From NCBI GenBank assembly GCA_000004985.1, contig GG738876.1: DNA of 64,000 bases, one strand, 5' to 3'. The first letter of the stretch is position 1; each line of letters begins with the position of its first letter. The DNA comes from Naegleria gruberi. Lineage: Eukaryota. The notes beneath the pieces are model-generated. The model was not told the origin of the DNA and searched no databases. It saw nothing but the letters and a program-made list of their open reading frames with translations. Positions 10,054-20,235 of this stretch are shown piece by piece. The position numbers were made by a program, and so were the translations under genes.

Positions 10054-11635
10054 ATGAATCAAGATGAAACTCTAGAAAATTCATCACCATCATCATCCGC
10101 TCTACCCAATTCAACTTCCGATATTAATCCTTCAGCTCCTATTATTAACAATGGTAATAAGAGTTTCTTTGCATTTGAAAAGAGTCCCATCGACATTGAT
10201 AGAGTAAAATTAATTCCAACCCAACATGTTCTCCAATCTCAAGTTTATGAAGCCATTTCCATGATGAATGATAAGAATGATTTAAATAATAACAATAATA
10301 ATAAGGAAATATTATCATCATCATTAATGTTGAAGAATTTTCCATTGTTAGAATGTATTCCACGTGTTCCGATGACAACTTCCTCTCATCAGATGGTCTA
10401 CGTTCCGAATATGAGAAGTATTTTAGTATGGGGAGGAGCAAAGGTTGAAATTAGACCTTTGGATTATAATTTATTGAGTGGAAGATATGTTAATGATGAG
10501 AATAGTGAGAAGGAGATTGGATTGAATCATTGGATTGATTCGGATGGATTGAAGATTGATGTTTCTGAAGTGAATGATAATGTCTTGTCGAGTTATTTGG
10601 ATACTTCATTCTCATGTTTGGATTTGAAGAGTGAGAAATGGGAAACTAGGATACATTGCTCTTTTAAAGAGTTTGAATCATCTATTCAAATGGAAAGTGG
10701 AAAATGATGAAAATGTGGAGACTATTTTCAATTGTTCACCAACTTCTTCAAAGACAAGTCATTCATGTATTTACAATGATAAGGATAATTTAATTTATAT
10801 TTTGGGAGGTGTTTCACATGATGTGGAACAAACATTGAAAATATTTACTTTTTCATTACAAAATAGACAGTGGACTTGTTATAATTTCAAAGATACACTC
10901 AATCCTAATATCCCTTCTCCACATTTGAAAGGTCAAGTTGCCACCTATAGACCACAAACAAACACTATCCATGTCTATGGAGGTCAATATATAGATGACT
11001 ATGAATTAATATCAAACGATTGTATTTATGTTTACAATTGCACCACTAGTAAATGGGAAAATAGGTTGGTACCAGACTTACCTATTCTAGGTCGTTCCTT
11101 TTCCACCTGTGCATATTGCAAGAAGGCAGATTCCATGTTTGTATTTGGTGGTGTTCTAAATGTTATTGGAGAATTGACCAATGAATTGTGTCAGTACAGT
11201 TTTTCAGAAAACCAATGGACTGTCTACAAATACGCCTCCTCTAAGCCAATTAAACCAGTTTATGGACATTGTATGTGCTTAATTGACGATCGTTACATGT
11301 TCATTTATGGAGGTTGTGAACAAGCATTGACACCAATTCCTTCCTCTCAGTGTATTGTTTTTGACATTCTTGCTCAGAGATGGTACGATTTGAGTGAAGT
11401 TTTACAATTATTCAATTCAGTAGAAAATCCAGCTCAGATGCCACCTCTCAATTCTTCATCAATAATTTTCGATGAAAATAGTAGAAGAATTATCATTTAC
11501 GGAGGAAATGAAATTGAAAATGGAAACAAGACTTCCAATACCAGATTTTTATTCTTACTCAAAGATGGAAATAACAATTTAGAAAATATGATTGGAAAAC
11601 CAAAACTTTCAGATGTTCTAGTGGAGACCTTATAA
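10054..11635 (+). CDS. Kelch-repeat (beta-propeller) protein. The gene spans two track ORFs joined by a short intron or a frameshift near 10630-10760.
   Basis: Repeated ...(I/L)YxxGG... and W-containing blades (ILVWGG, LIYILGG, IHVYGG, MFVFGG, MFIYGG, IIIYGG). The 5' ORF (10054..10707) and the 3' ORF (10631..11635) overlap in different frames. The best candidate intron is 10671..10758 (gtttga...acaag, 88 nt). Confidence 0.6.
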
Positions 11636-11712
11636 AATGTCTATTTTCTATGTGAAATTCTTGATACTTCCAGTATCCACTCGAACTTCGTTCTCATACA
11701 CAAACCAAAAAA

Positions 11713-12213
11713 ATGCCAAAACCTGCACCGAGCAGAACTAAATTAACAACATCAATCGTATCCCATCCCTATGCAAAAAAGAAGGAAGAAATTAATCAAA
11801 TCAATTCAAAAATTCAAAAACTCACCACTTTTCAGAAAAGAGTGTATGTTGCATTAACTAGAATTCCTTCGGGTCGGGTTACAACTTATGCCGGGTTGGC
11901 CAATTACTTGGATTGTAAATCGTCACAAGCAGTTGGTCAGGCATTGAAGAGAAATCCATTTGCTCCTGAAATTCCTTGTCATCGTGTTATAAAATCCAAT
12001 ACGTTTCATATTGGAGGATTTATGGGGAAAACCGAGGGAGATGAAATTGTAAAAAAGACAAGGTTATTGAAAGAGGAAGGAGTTGAATTTGATTCTAGTG
12101 GTGTGTTGATTGATAGAAAATTGATTCATTCCTTTGCAGATGATTCTGAATTGGAGAAGGATGACAAGGAGCTTGATTCACTTCTTTGTGATTTGTTAAA
12201 TTTCAAAAAATAA
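11713..12213 (+). CDS. MGMT: O6-methylguanine-DNA methyltransferase (suicide alkyltransferase), active-site Cys present
   Basis: TTFQKRVYVALTRIPSGRVTTYAGLANYL...NPFAPEIPCHRVI contains the PCHRV active-site motif and the helix-turn-helix DNA-binding region. 166 aa, single exon. Confidence 0.8.
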   Translation: MPKPAPSRTKLTTSIVSHPYAKKKEEINQINSKIQKLTTFQKRVYVALTRIPSGRVTTYAGLANYLDCKSSQAVGQALKRNPFAPEIPCHRVIKSNTFHIGGFMGKTEGDEIVKKTRLLKEEGVEFDSSGVLIDRKLIHSFADDSELEKDDKELDSLLCDLLNFKK

Positions 12214-12250
12214 TATTGTAAATAGATTCCAATATTTGTAAATAATTACA

Positions 12251-13326
12251 TTATTTCATTTCCATCTTTTCTTCATACTTTTTATATTCTATAATTTCGT
12301 AGAGCTCGCTTCTAGTTTGCATTGTAGAAAGTACAGGTTCAACAGTTCCATTCTTGGAAATTGATTCGTACACATTCTTTGCAGCTTTAGCCATAGCTCT
12401 AAATGCACTCAATGGGTGGAGAACCATTGAAACACCAACACTAGCCAATTCTTCTCCAGTAAACAGAGGTGTTTTACCTAAAATTTAGATATTGAAATAT
12501 TGAAATTCAAATCTTTGAAATATTCGAAATAATACTTACCAAATTCTGTAATATTGGCCAAAATTGGAACATTTACTTGCTCTACAAAGGCTTTATACTC
12601 TTCCAGAGTTGTGCATGCTTCAGGGAACAACATATCTGCACCAGCATTCACATACTGTTTTGCTCTTTCAATTGCCTTTTCCAATCCTTCAACTGCCAAC
12701 GCATCAGTTCTAGCAATAATGACAAAATCCGAATCCACCCTAGCTTCACAAGCTGCCTTAATTTTCTCCACCATTTCCTCCGTACTAACTATTTGCTTAT
12801 TAGGTAAATGTCCACAACGTTTCACACTTTGAATTTGATCCTCAATATGAATAGCTGCTACTCCAACTCGTTCCATCTCTCTTACACACCTCATCACATT
12901 CAAAACTCCTCCAAATCCTTTTTCAAAATTAATATTTATTTCCATTCAATATAAATATAATATTAAATATAATATAATAAATATAATAATTAAAATATCA
13001 ATTCCATAAAAACACATACCAGTATCCACATCCACAAGTAATGGCAAATTAGTACATGATGTAATTCTCCTTGCATCCTCCAAAACATCACTCAAATTAG
13101 TCATTCCCATGTCTGGTAATCCAAAACTAGCTGTGGCCACACCACTTCCACTCAAATAAATTGCCTGATGACCACATTCTTCTGCTAACAAGGCTGTAAA
13201 TGCATTGATGGTTCCGACAATGTGGAGTGGTTGTTTATTGTTTTGGTTTTGGTTTTGGAGGGAAAGTTTGAATTTCTTCCCTGGAGAGAGTTTGGTAGAG
13301 GGTGATTGGCAAATTGTGTTGAGCAT
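12251..13326 (-). CDS. isocitrate lyase/PEP mutase superfamily enzyme (2-methylisocitrate lyase / carboxyvinyl-carboxyphosphonate phosphorylmutase-like), 3 exons
   Basis: Exons are about 13020..13326, 12540..12917 and 12251..12477 (minus strand). Splicing restores the DVDTG|FGG (DxDTGFG) and ITEFG|KTPLFT family motifs. Donors are gtatgt and gtaagt, acceptors aaaaag and ttttag; introns are 102 and 62 nt. The N-terminus SPGKKF...[11 protein letters not shown] aligns with PrpB-type proteins. Confidence 0.8.
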
Positions 13327-13854
13327 TTTTTTTTTGGTTTTGGAAATTTGGAATTGTTTTGAATTTCGAATAGAGGAATCGCTTAATATTTGGAGGATTA
13401 TTTGGTCAATATTCTTGAGGTTAATGAGAAGTGTTGAATTAATAAAGTTAGCTCTTAAAATTTATTCTATTTGTTTCAAGTTCTTGTTTGAACTATGTGA
13501 GGATTAGGATACGAATTTGATGTGGTGCTGTTTTAAACATAAATTCTTATTGGAAAGTTGTTTGATTTAATCAGAAAGGTCAATTGCTAAATTTTGGGTT
13601 TCCGATAGCCAAATTGTGGATTCGAATAGACTTCCTAGACCTGTAAGAACATGGCGACGAACTCTATAGAATTCCATTCCCTCTCCAAGCTCAAGTTCTG
13701 TGCGCTACATGACAACATGTGAAAGAAACTTACTGCAATAAAAACCTTCATATCTGCGTACATTTCGTACCAATAGAAAGAAAACTAAACCAATTTCCAA
13801 ACACCCAAAAAAAAACGAAACAAACTCTCAAGAACCCAACAACAAATTCTCAAA

Positions 13855-15183
13855 ATGAATCATCTTAAACGATTGATTGTTTTGGCTCTTGTAGTTGTAC
13901 TCATGTTTGTCGTCTCACTTTCACATGCTCAAGACGAACAACAGGAAAACAACAATAAGAGACCACCAAGACCTTTACCTTCAGGTAGACCACCAAGACC
14001 ACATCCAGATCATTCTGGAGGGCGACCACCTCGCCCATTCCCATCTGGAGGAAGACCACCACGTCCAGATCATTCAGGAAGAAGACCAAGACCAGATCAT
14101 TCTGGTGAGAGACCACATCCACCAGGTCCACAACCAGATCATTCAGGAAGAAGACCACCAAGACCTGGTCCACATCCTGGTCAATCAGGATTACCACCAC
14201 GTTCTGATGAACAAGATGGTCAAAGTGAAAATAGACCTCGTCCACCAAGACCTCATCCAGAACGTTCAGGTGAAAGACCACATCCAAGACCTTTCCCATC
14301 TGGAGGTAGACCACCAAGACCAGACCACTCAGGAAGAAGACCAGGTCCACATCCAGATCATTCTGGAAGACCACCTCGTCCACATCCAAGACCAGAACCA
14401 TCTTCTGAAGATGACGAACACTCTGATAGACTTGAACAAGGAAACAGACCTCGTCCACCAAGACCAGATCGTTCAGGTTTGCCACCTCGTCCATTCCCAT
14501 CTGGAGGAAGACCACCAAGACCAGATCATTCAGGAAGAAGACCACATCCAAGACCTGAACACTCTGGTGAGAGACCACATCCAAGACCAGCTCACTCTGG
14601 TGAAAGACCACCAAGACCAGATCATTCAGGAAGAAGACCAAGACCAGGTCCACAACCAGACCAATCGGGAAGACCACCTCGTCCTTATCCAGAACATTCT
14701 GGTGAAAGACCAGGCCCACGTCCTCAACCACAAGAATCAACTTCATCCTTAATAGGTGAAAGACCACCAAGACCTGATAGATCTGGAAGACCACCTCGTC
14801 CATTCCCATCTGGAGGCAGACCACCAAGACCAGGCCCATCTGGAGGAAGACCAGGTCCTGGACCAGGTCCACAACCTGATGTTTCATCTGTTGAAGATCC
14901 ACTCATTGATGCTCAAAATAATACCAAGAATGAAATTCCAAATGGACCATCCAATGGTTCTGATGCTTTGGCCATTGTCTTTGGTGTTATTGGTGCAATT
15001 GTTGTCATGGCTGCTATTGCTCTTGTCATTGGAAGTGGAATTGCTGTTTTTGTTTTGAAGAAGAAGGGTTATTCACTCTCATTGAAGAAACATCAAATGT
15101 TGAGAGATGAAGACGAATTTGAATATCCACAACAAGACCAAACTCCAATTTACTCTGTCAATCAACCAGTTGCTCAAAATTAG
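13855..15183 (+). CDS. type I membrane protein with a Pro/Arg-rich tandem-repeat ectodomain (GRPPRPDHSGRRP-type units)
   Basis: Signal peptide MNHLKRLIVLALVVVLMFVVSLSHA, then more than 20 imperfect repeats of RPPRPxPxHSG(E/R)RP. Near the C-terminus is a TM (LAIVFGVIGAIVVMAAIALVIGSGIAVFVL) followed by KKKGY and a roughly 40-aa tail. Confidence 0.6.
   Translation: MNHLKRLIVLALVVVLMFVVSLSHAQDEQQENNNKRPPRPLPSGRPPRPHPDHSGGRPPRPFPSGGRPPRPDHSGRRPRPDHSGERPHPPGPQPDHSGRRPPRPGPHPGQSGLPPRSDEQDGQSENRPRPPRPHPERSGERPHPRPFPSGGRPPRPDHSGRRPGPHPDHSGRPPRPHPRPEPSSEDDEHSDRLEQGNRPRPPRPDRSGLPPRPFPSGGRPPRPDHSGRRPHPRPEHSGERPHPRPAHSGERPPRPDHSGRRPRPGPQPDQSGRPPRPYPEHSGERPGPRPQPQESTSSLIGERPPRPDRSGRPPRPFPSGGRPPRPGPSGGRPGPGPGPQPDVSSVEDPLIDAQNNTKNEIPNGPSNGSDALAIVFGVIGAIVVMAAIALVIGSGIAVFVLKKKGYSLSLKKHQMLRDEDEFEYPQQDQTPIYSVNQPVAQN
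13960..14880 (+). repeat. about 39-nt imperfect tandem coding repeats (Pro/Arg-rich) within the 13855..15183 gene
   Basis: Recurring ggaagaccaccaagaccagatcattcaggaagaagacca units. They produce the artefactual track ORFs 13895..14752(+) and 13901..14902(-). Confidence 0.6.
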
Positions 15184-15579
15184 GTTCAATTTAAGTTTTT
15201 CAAAGATTATCGAGCGATAATAACACATTAATTTGCACTACTCTAAAGTGTGCATTCTCTCCTTGTGAGTACAAATTTACAAAATAAATACATTATTTCA
15301 TTGGTAAATTGATTGGTCTGAAAACTTAATTGTAATCTTTCCTTTATTAAAATCTCAAAGTAAAATTCCAACATCATCAATTTAAAAAATTGTCGTTAGA
15401 GCTCCTTCTCTTTGTTCATCATCATCAGTAATAATAATACTTGTGCGTTGAGAAGAATTGTTCTTTTGGTGGATCATCACAATTTGACTTGAGGAATTTA
15501 AATTATCTTTCACAAACAATTCAACGTTTTGATTAAACCTATTGCTTTTTTGTATATTTGTGGAACATTAGGTATTAGG

Positions 15580-17409
15580 ATGAAGAATAGTTATTCCACA
15601 TCAACGAGTGGTGGAATTTTATATAGTTCCGAATTTATTCAAGTTAATTTAGCTGCTGATGCAAAGGGTGATGAAGAAAATGGTTTTCAACCCAAGGCTG
15701 CATGTGTCTCTTGTAGAAAGCTACATCGTCGATGCTCAAAGGAATTTCCGAAATGCTCTGAATGTGTTACTCATCACAGAAAGTGTATTTACATGGATAC
15801 AAAAACAAAAGAAAGAAATCTAGCCTCATCATCATCAACAGATCGCACTACTAGTAGAGATAGTAGGGGTAATAACCAGAATAATAATAACAGCAAACGA
15901 TCAATGAGGAGAGCAGCGTCTACAATTGAAGAACCTCAAATTGCAATCACAGAGGGACTAATTAAGAAAAGTATCAAGAGACAAACGTTCAATGTCTATA
16001 TGGACTTGGTTTGTATGGGACTACCATTCATTACCCCTCAAAATTTTGAAAACATGCTCTTTTCTGAGAATATTCTGAATCAAAACACTAATGCAACCAG
16101 TATTAAGGCATTATTTCTATCAATACAGTCATTGTGTGATCAACGGTTTGGAAGAAGGGATGCTGCTATTGCTGCCTTCAATGAAGCAAAAAGTGAGCTA
16201 CATCAAGTTTTTGAAGATTACGATAACTATCTAAATATTTGTACATATAATAATTTAGCTTACTTTTCTGGTGCTGAGGGAGAGGATCAAATGTCACAAT
16301 GGTTCATGTCACCAGTAGAGTATTACCTATCAAAATATTCTGAATTGAATTTTAATTCCCATAACGAGCTGATAGGACTTGCCTTTGAAAATTTGAACAA
16401 AGGGAGTGGAATAACTAAATTATTTTATTTTGATAATAGATACAAATGGACAAGTCTCACTTTTGGAGATTATATAGGAATACCTTTCAAGTTATCTACT
16501 GGGAAAAGATTACCTCCTGAATTGAAGCAATTGGTGGATCGTGATTTGAATGAAAACACAGCACAAGCTGAGTCAGCAGTTCTTCAATGCATTCTTCAAT
16601 TTATGAAACAACACCATCAAAAGCTTGTGCATTCACCTGGTTTTCTCAACTTGTCTCGCATAGTGGATGTATCTAGTTTTACCAAAACAAGAATAGAATC
16701 ACTCCGAGTACTCTATTCAAAAGCAAATAGCCAAGAAAAGAGAGAGTTATTTTTCAAAGAAATGCTCAATCTTGCAAATACGACTACTGAACTAAGCAAG
16801 GATGATCTATTCCCATACATTTTACCTACCAATATTTTTGGTTTTGCTCTAGCTGCAGAAATTCATTTGGAAGCATTGTCTAATTTTTCTCATTTAGTAT
16901 CTGTTAGCGAAATTTTAGGGCATCTCAAACAAGATTTCCTAGCCCTTACTGTCCTTGCAAGGAAATATGGAAGAGTGCAGAAAGTTTATGGGTACATCTA
17001 TGATGAAATTCAGTCGGTATTGTTAAATAATGGAGTTCCTGCTGAAGAGTTATTGAACCTCATTTCTAATAATTCATTCAAAACACCATCTACCCCTAAA
17101 TTATATCCCCCTATTACTGTAAATAATCAAACCCATACAATTTCTCCCACCAACAACTCAACAGATCAAGTTATAACTTCTGAAAACTCTTCGCCCACTT
17201 CTGAAAATGTATCAAAGAAGAAGGATTTTCCATCGGCAGCTTTTCTTAATAATACGCTTCGTAATTTCAAGAAAACAATTTCCAACCAAGAAATTTGCAC
17301 GATAACTCCTCGAAGTTCTACAACATCAGATAGCCCAATTAATGAGGAAGAAATATCCTGCTTGAAAAATCAAACACTCTCAATACTGCAACAAACATTT
17401 TCAAAATAA
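15580..17409 (+). CDS. GAL4-type Zn(II)2Cys6 binuclear-cluster transcription factor
   Basis: ACVSCRKLHRRCSKEFPKCSECVTHHRKCIY has the CX2CX6CX5-6CX2CX6C spacing, followed by a basic/N-rich linker and a long helical middle-homology-like region. The true ATG is at 15580; the track begins at an upstream TTG. Confidence 0.75.
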   Translation: MKNSYSTSTSGGILYSSEFIQVNLAADAKGDEENGFQPKAACVSCRKLHRRCSKEFPKCSECVTHHRKCIYMDTKTKERNLASSSSTDRTTSRDSRGNNQNNNNSKRSMRRAASTIEEPQIAITEGLIKKSIKRQTFNVYMDLVCMGLPFITPQNFENMLFSENILNQNTNATSIKALFLSIQSLCDQRFGRRDAAIAAFNEAKSELHQVFEDYDNYLNICTYNNLAYFSGAEGEDQMSQWFMSPVEYYLSKYSELNFNSHNELIGLAFENLNKGSGITKLFYFDNRYKWTSLTFGDYIGIPFKLSTGKRLPPELKQLVDRDLNENTAQAESAVLQCILQFMKQHHQKLVHSPGFLNLSRIVDVSSFTKTRIESLRVLYSKANSQEKRELFFKEMLNLANTTTELSKDDLFPYILPTNIFGFALAAEIHLEALSNFSHLVSVSEILGHLKQDFLALTVLARKYGRVQKVYGYIYDEIQSVLLNNGVPAEELLNLISNNSFKTPSTPKLYPPITVNNQTHTISPTNNSTDQVITSENSSPTSENVSKKKDFPSAAFLNNTLRNFKKTISNQEICTITPRSSTTSDSPINEEEISCLKNQTLSILQQTFSK

Positions 17410-18062
17410 TTCATGAAATAATACACCAAGTGACTTGATACATGATTGGTTTCAAGTTGGAGATTTGGAAAAGGAAAGAGAATATGATATTTAAAATAAT
17501 TCTTCCAACAAAATTCTCAGCAACTCATCCCTTCCCTTCTTGTCCAATATAACAAGAGAAAAAGTTTTTGCTGATTTCAGCAAGGAATTGAATTGGAACG
17601 CACGTTTAAAGCTAAAGAAAATTCTATTCCATAGATTATTGTAAAATGTTTTCAATTATACTCTTAATAAAACAAAACTCAAACTGGACCACCCTTTACA
17701 AAATCTTCACAACCTGTACAAAGATTCTCTCTCCTGAATTTCCCGTTGATGTCCTTCAAGCAATTTTTCAGCGATTGGCGACGGAAAATTAAAATCTAAA
17801 CATCGAAAAAAAAAATTCTCTCTCGTTGATTCTGTGTTTTCATCAATCATCACATTATCATTTTGTGCGGAGAGGATATCATCAAGAACAATAACAACAA
17901 CATCATTTCTCTCTCTGTGTGTGTAGACAAAGTAGAACAGGAGAAGATTTTATAGTAACAAAACCCGACGAGTGATTTTGATATCATCACGAAAGATTGT
18001 ATTTTCGATATTATACATCATCAATATAATTTATATAGTAGTACTACATTATTTAAATAAGA

Positions 18063-20207
18063 ATGCCTGCAACACACTCAAAAGTAGAATTGCCAACCAA
18101 GAGTGATTATTGGCTTGAACAAATGATTCTTGATATGATTCATTCGTTTGATGGACTCACCGCTAGGAAAGTACTCACAAGTAAATATACATACATTGCA
18201 ATTGCACTTGCTGTTGCTGTCAAGTTTGGTTCATCCTACTTGTTAAAAAAGAAGAAGAAGAATTTACCAGCACACAACAAACCACGTTCCTCAAATACAT
18301 CAAAAGATTCCACTTTGAAAAAGTTCTGGAGTTTGGTTAAAATTGGTCTTTTTAATCCAAATGGAGCAGGAAATTCTAGTGCAATGAAATATAAAACAGA
18401 TCCTGCCAATGGAAGAGAAATATGGATTATGGTTGGCCTTGCTTCCCTTGTTATCTTCCAAACATATATTGTTAATAGAAACAACAGTGTCAGTGGTGAC
18501 TTGATGGCTAGTTTAGTTGCCAGAGATTCTGCAACTTGTATTTATAGATTACTCCAAATTACAGGTATTTTAATCTTACAATCTCTGGTCAATCCATCCG
18601 TTACATCACTTATTGAAACACTTGCTTTGAGAATGAGAAAGAATTTGACTATGGATATTCATGATCGTTATTATACAGATATGGTTTACTATAAGATTTT
18701 GAATTTGGATAAGAGAGTTGGTGCTCCAGATCAAAGAATTACTCAAGATGTTGAAGTTTTCTGCAAACAATTCTCTGAATTATTTATGGATCTCTTGAAT
18801 CCAATTGTAGAAGTTTTATTGTATACTTACGAGCTTACTAGATTGATTGGTTCTGGTGGTCCACTCAGTATTATTTCATATGTCGTCATTGCCTTTGGTG
18901 TTTTGGGTATGGTCACACCAAACTTTACAAAGATGTCATCTGAAGTTCAAAATAAGGAAGGTAAATTCAGATCCATTCACAATAGATGTAAGAATAATGC
19001 CGAACTTGTTGCCTTCTATGCTGGTGAAGAAACTGAACGTTTGAAGATTGAAAAACAATTCGAAGAATTGACATCATACAGTGACTATGTCATTAACAAG
19101 AATTTCTTATTCGGTGTTGTTAATGATTACTTTACCAAATATTCTCCTCATGCTGTTACCTCAGTCATTGTTGGTATTCCAGTCTTCTTTGGTAGATTAC
19201 GTCCATTGCCAAAGGACAAACTTATGGGTCAATTGAGATATTTAATCTCTGTTGTTGCATTTGAATTCTTTGCTTTGGGTAAAATCATTGAACTTTTCAG
19301 AAAGATTTTGAAATTGTCAGGTATGACACAACGTGTCCACTTGTTGTATCAAGTCATGGATGAACTCAAGCATGGTAACTCTGATAATGTTAACTTTAAG
19401 TTAAAGTCTGCCAAGGCTGGTGGTTCAGGAGGTGAAATTCTTGAAAGTGATGAAATCAAATTTGACAATGTCATTATCAGAACACCAGATAATATTACAT
19501 TGGCTCGTAATTTATCTTTCAATGTTGGTAAGAATCAACACATTGTTATTACTGGTCCAAATGGAGCTGGTAAATCATCATTGTTTAGAATTTTGGGTTC
19601 TTTGTGGCCTCTTCACAGTGGTATTGTCTACAAACCACAAGCTAAGGGTTCAAATGCTCAAGGTTTGCACAAGGAAATCTTCTACTTACCTCAAAAGCCA
19701 TACAATGTTATTGGATCTCTTCGTAGTCAAATTATCTATCCTGATACGCAATTGAAGGATGGATGGAAAGATTCTAATTTGAAGGAACTTTTGGATGACT
19801 TTAGTATTGGTTATTTGGCAGGACGTCACTCAGATGGATTTGATGGTAAACAAGATTGGGACACCTTGTCAAGAGGTGAACAACAAAAATTGGCCATGGT
19901 TCGTCTTTTCTACCACAAGCCAAAGTATGCCATTTTGGACGAATGTACCTCATGTATTTCTGCCGACTCTGAACAAGAATTATACGGAAGATGTGCCAAG
20001 AATGGTATTACTTGTATCACTATTTCACACAGACCAGCCCTCGAAAAGTATCACACTCAAAGACTTGTTTTCAATGGTATGGGTGGTTGGAAATGGGAAG
20101 CCATTAAGGAATGGACTGAAGAAAGTTCTAGTTATGAAGTTAAGGGTGAAGATAATACATTCCGTGACGATAAGGAAGAGGAAGCTGTTGAAGCAACCAA
20201 AGAATAA
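18063..20207 (+). CDS. peroxisomal ABC half-transporter, subfamily D (ALDP/PXA-like)
   Basis: An N-terminal TMD is followed by an NBD with Walker A ITGPNGAGKSSLFRILGSLWP, the ABCD-type signature LSRGEQQKLAMVRLFYHKPKYAILDECTS, and an H-loop ISHRP. 714 aa, single exon. Confidence 0.9.
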   Translation: MPATHSKVELPTKSDYWLEQMILDMIHSFDGLTARKVLTSKYTYIAIALAVAVKFGSSYLLKKKKKNLPAHNKPRSSNTSKDSTLKKFWSLVKIGLFNPNGAGNSSAMKYKTDPANGREIWIMVGLASLVIFQTYIVNRNNSVSGDLMASLVARDSATCIYRLLQITGILILQSLVNPSVTSLIETLALRMRKNLTMDIHDRYYTDMVYYKILNLDKRVGAPDQRITQDVEVFCKQFSELFMDLLNPIVEVLLYTYELTRLIGSGGPLSIISYVVIAFGVLGMVTPNFTKMSSEVQNKEGKFRSIHNRCKNNAELVAFYAGEETERLKIEKQFEELTSYSDYVINKNFLFGVVNDYFTKYSPHAVTSVIVGIPVFFGRLRPLPKDKLMGQLRYLISVVAFEFFALGKIIELFRKILKLSGMTQRVHLLYQVMDELKHGNSDNVNFKLKSAKAGGSGGEILESDEIKFDNVIIRTPDNITLARNLSFNVGKNQHIVITGPNGAGKSSLFRILGSLWPLHSGIVYKPQAKGSNAQGLHKEIFYLPQKPYNVIGSLRSQIIYPDTQLKDGWKDSNLKELLDDFSIGYLAGRHSDGFDGKQDWDTLSRGEQQKLAMVRLFYHKPKYAILDECTSCISADSEQELYGRCAKNGITCITISHRPALEKYHTQRLVFNGMGGWKWEAIKEWTEESSSYEVKGEDNTFRDDKEEEAVEATKE

Positions 20208-20235
20208 CTCGATTCAAAAAATACAATTAAATTAT

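Noticed and set aside
13625-13650. GGATTCGAAT T-loop-like motif suggesting a tRNA
   Set aside because: No acceptor, D or anticodon arms can be drawn around it.
13895-14902. Long track ORFs 13895..14752(+), 13901..14902(-) and 14756..15058(+), which overlap the Pro-rich gene
   Set aside because: These are alternative-frame and antisense readings of a tandem-repeat region. The repeats suppress stop codons, and the outputs are composition-biased (H/Q/D or V/L-rich) with no start context.
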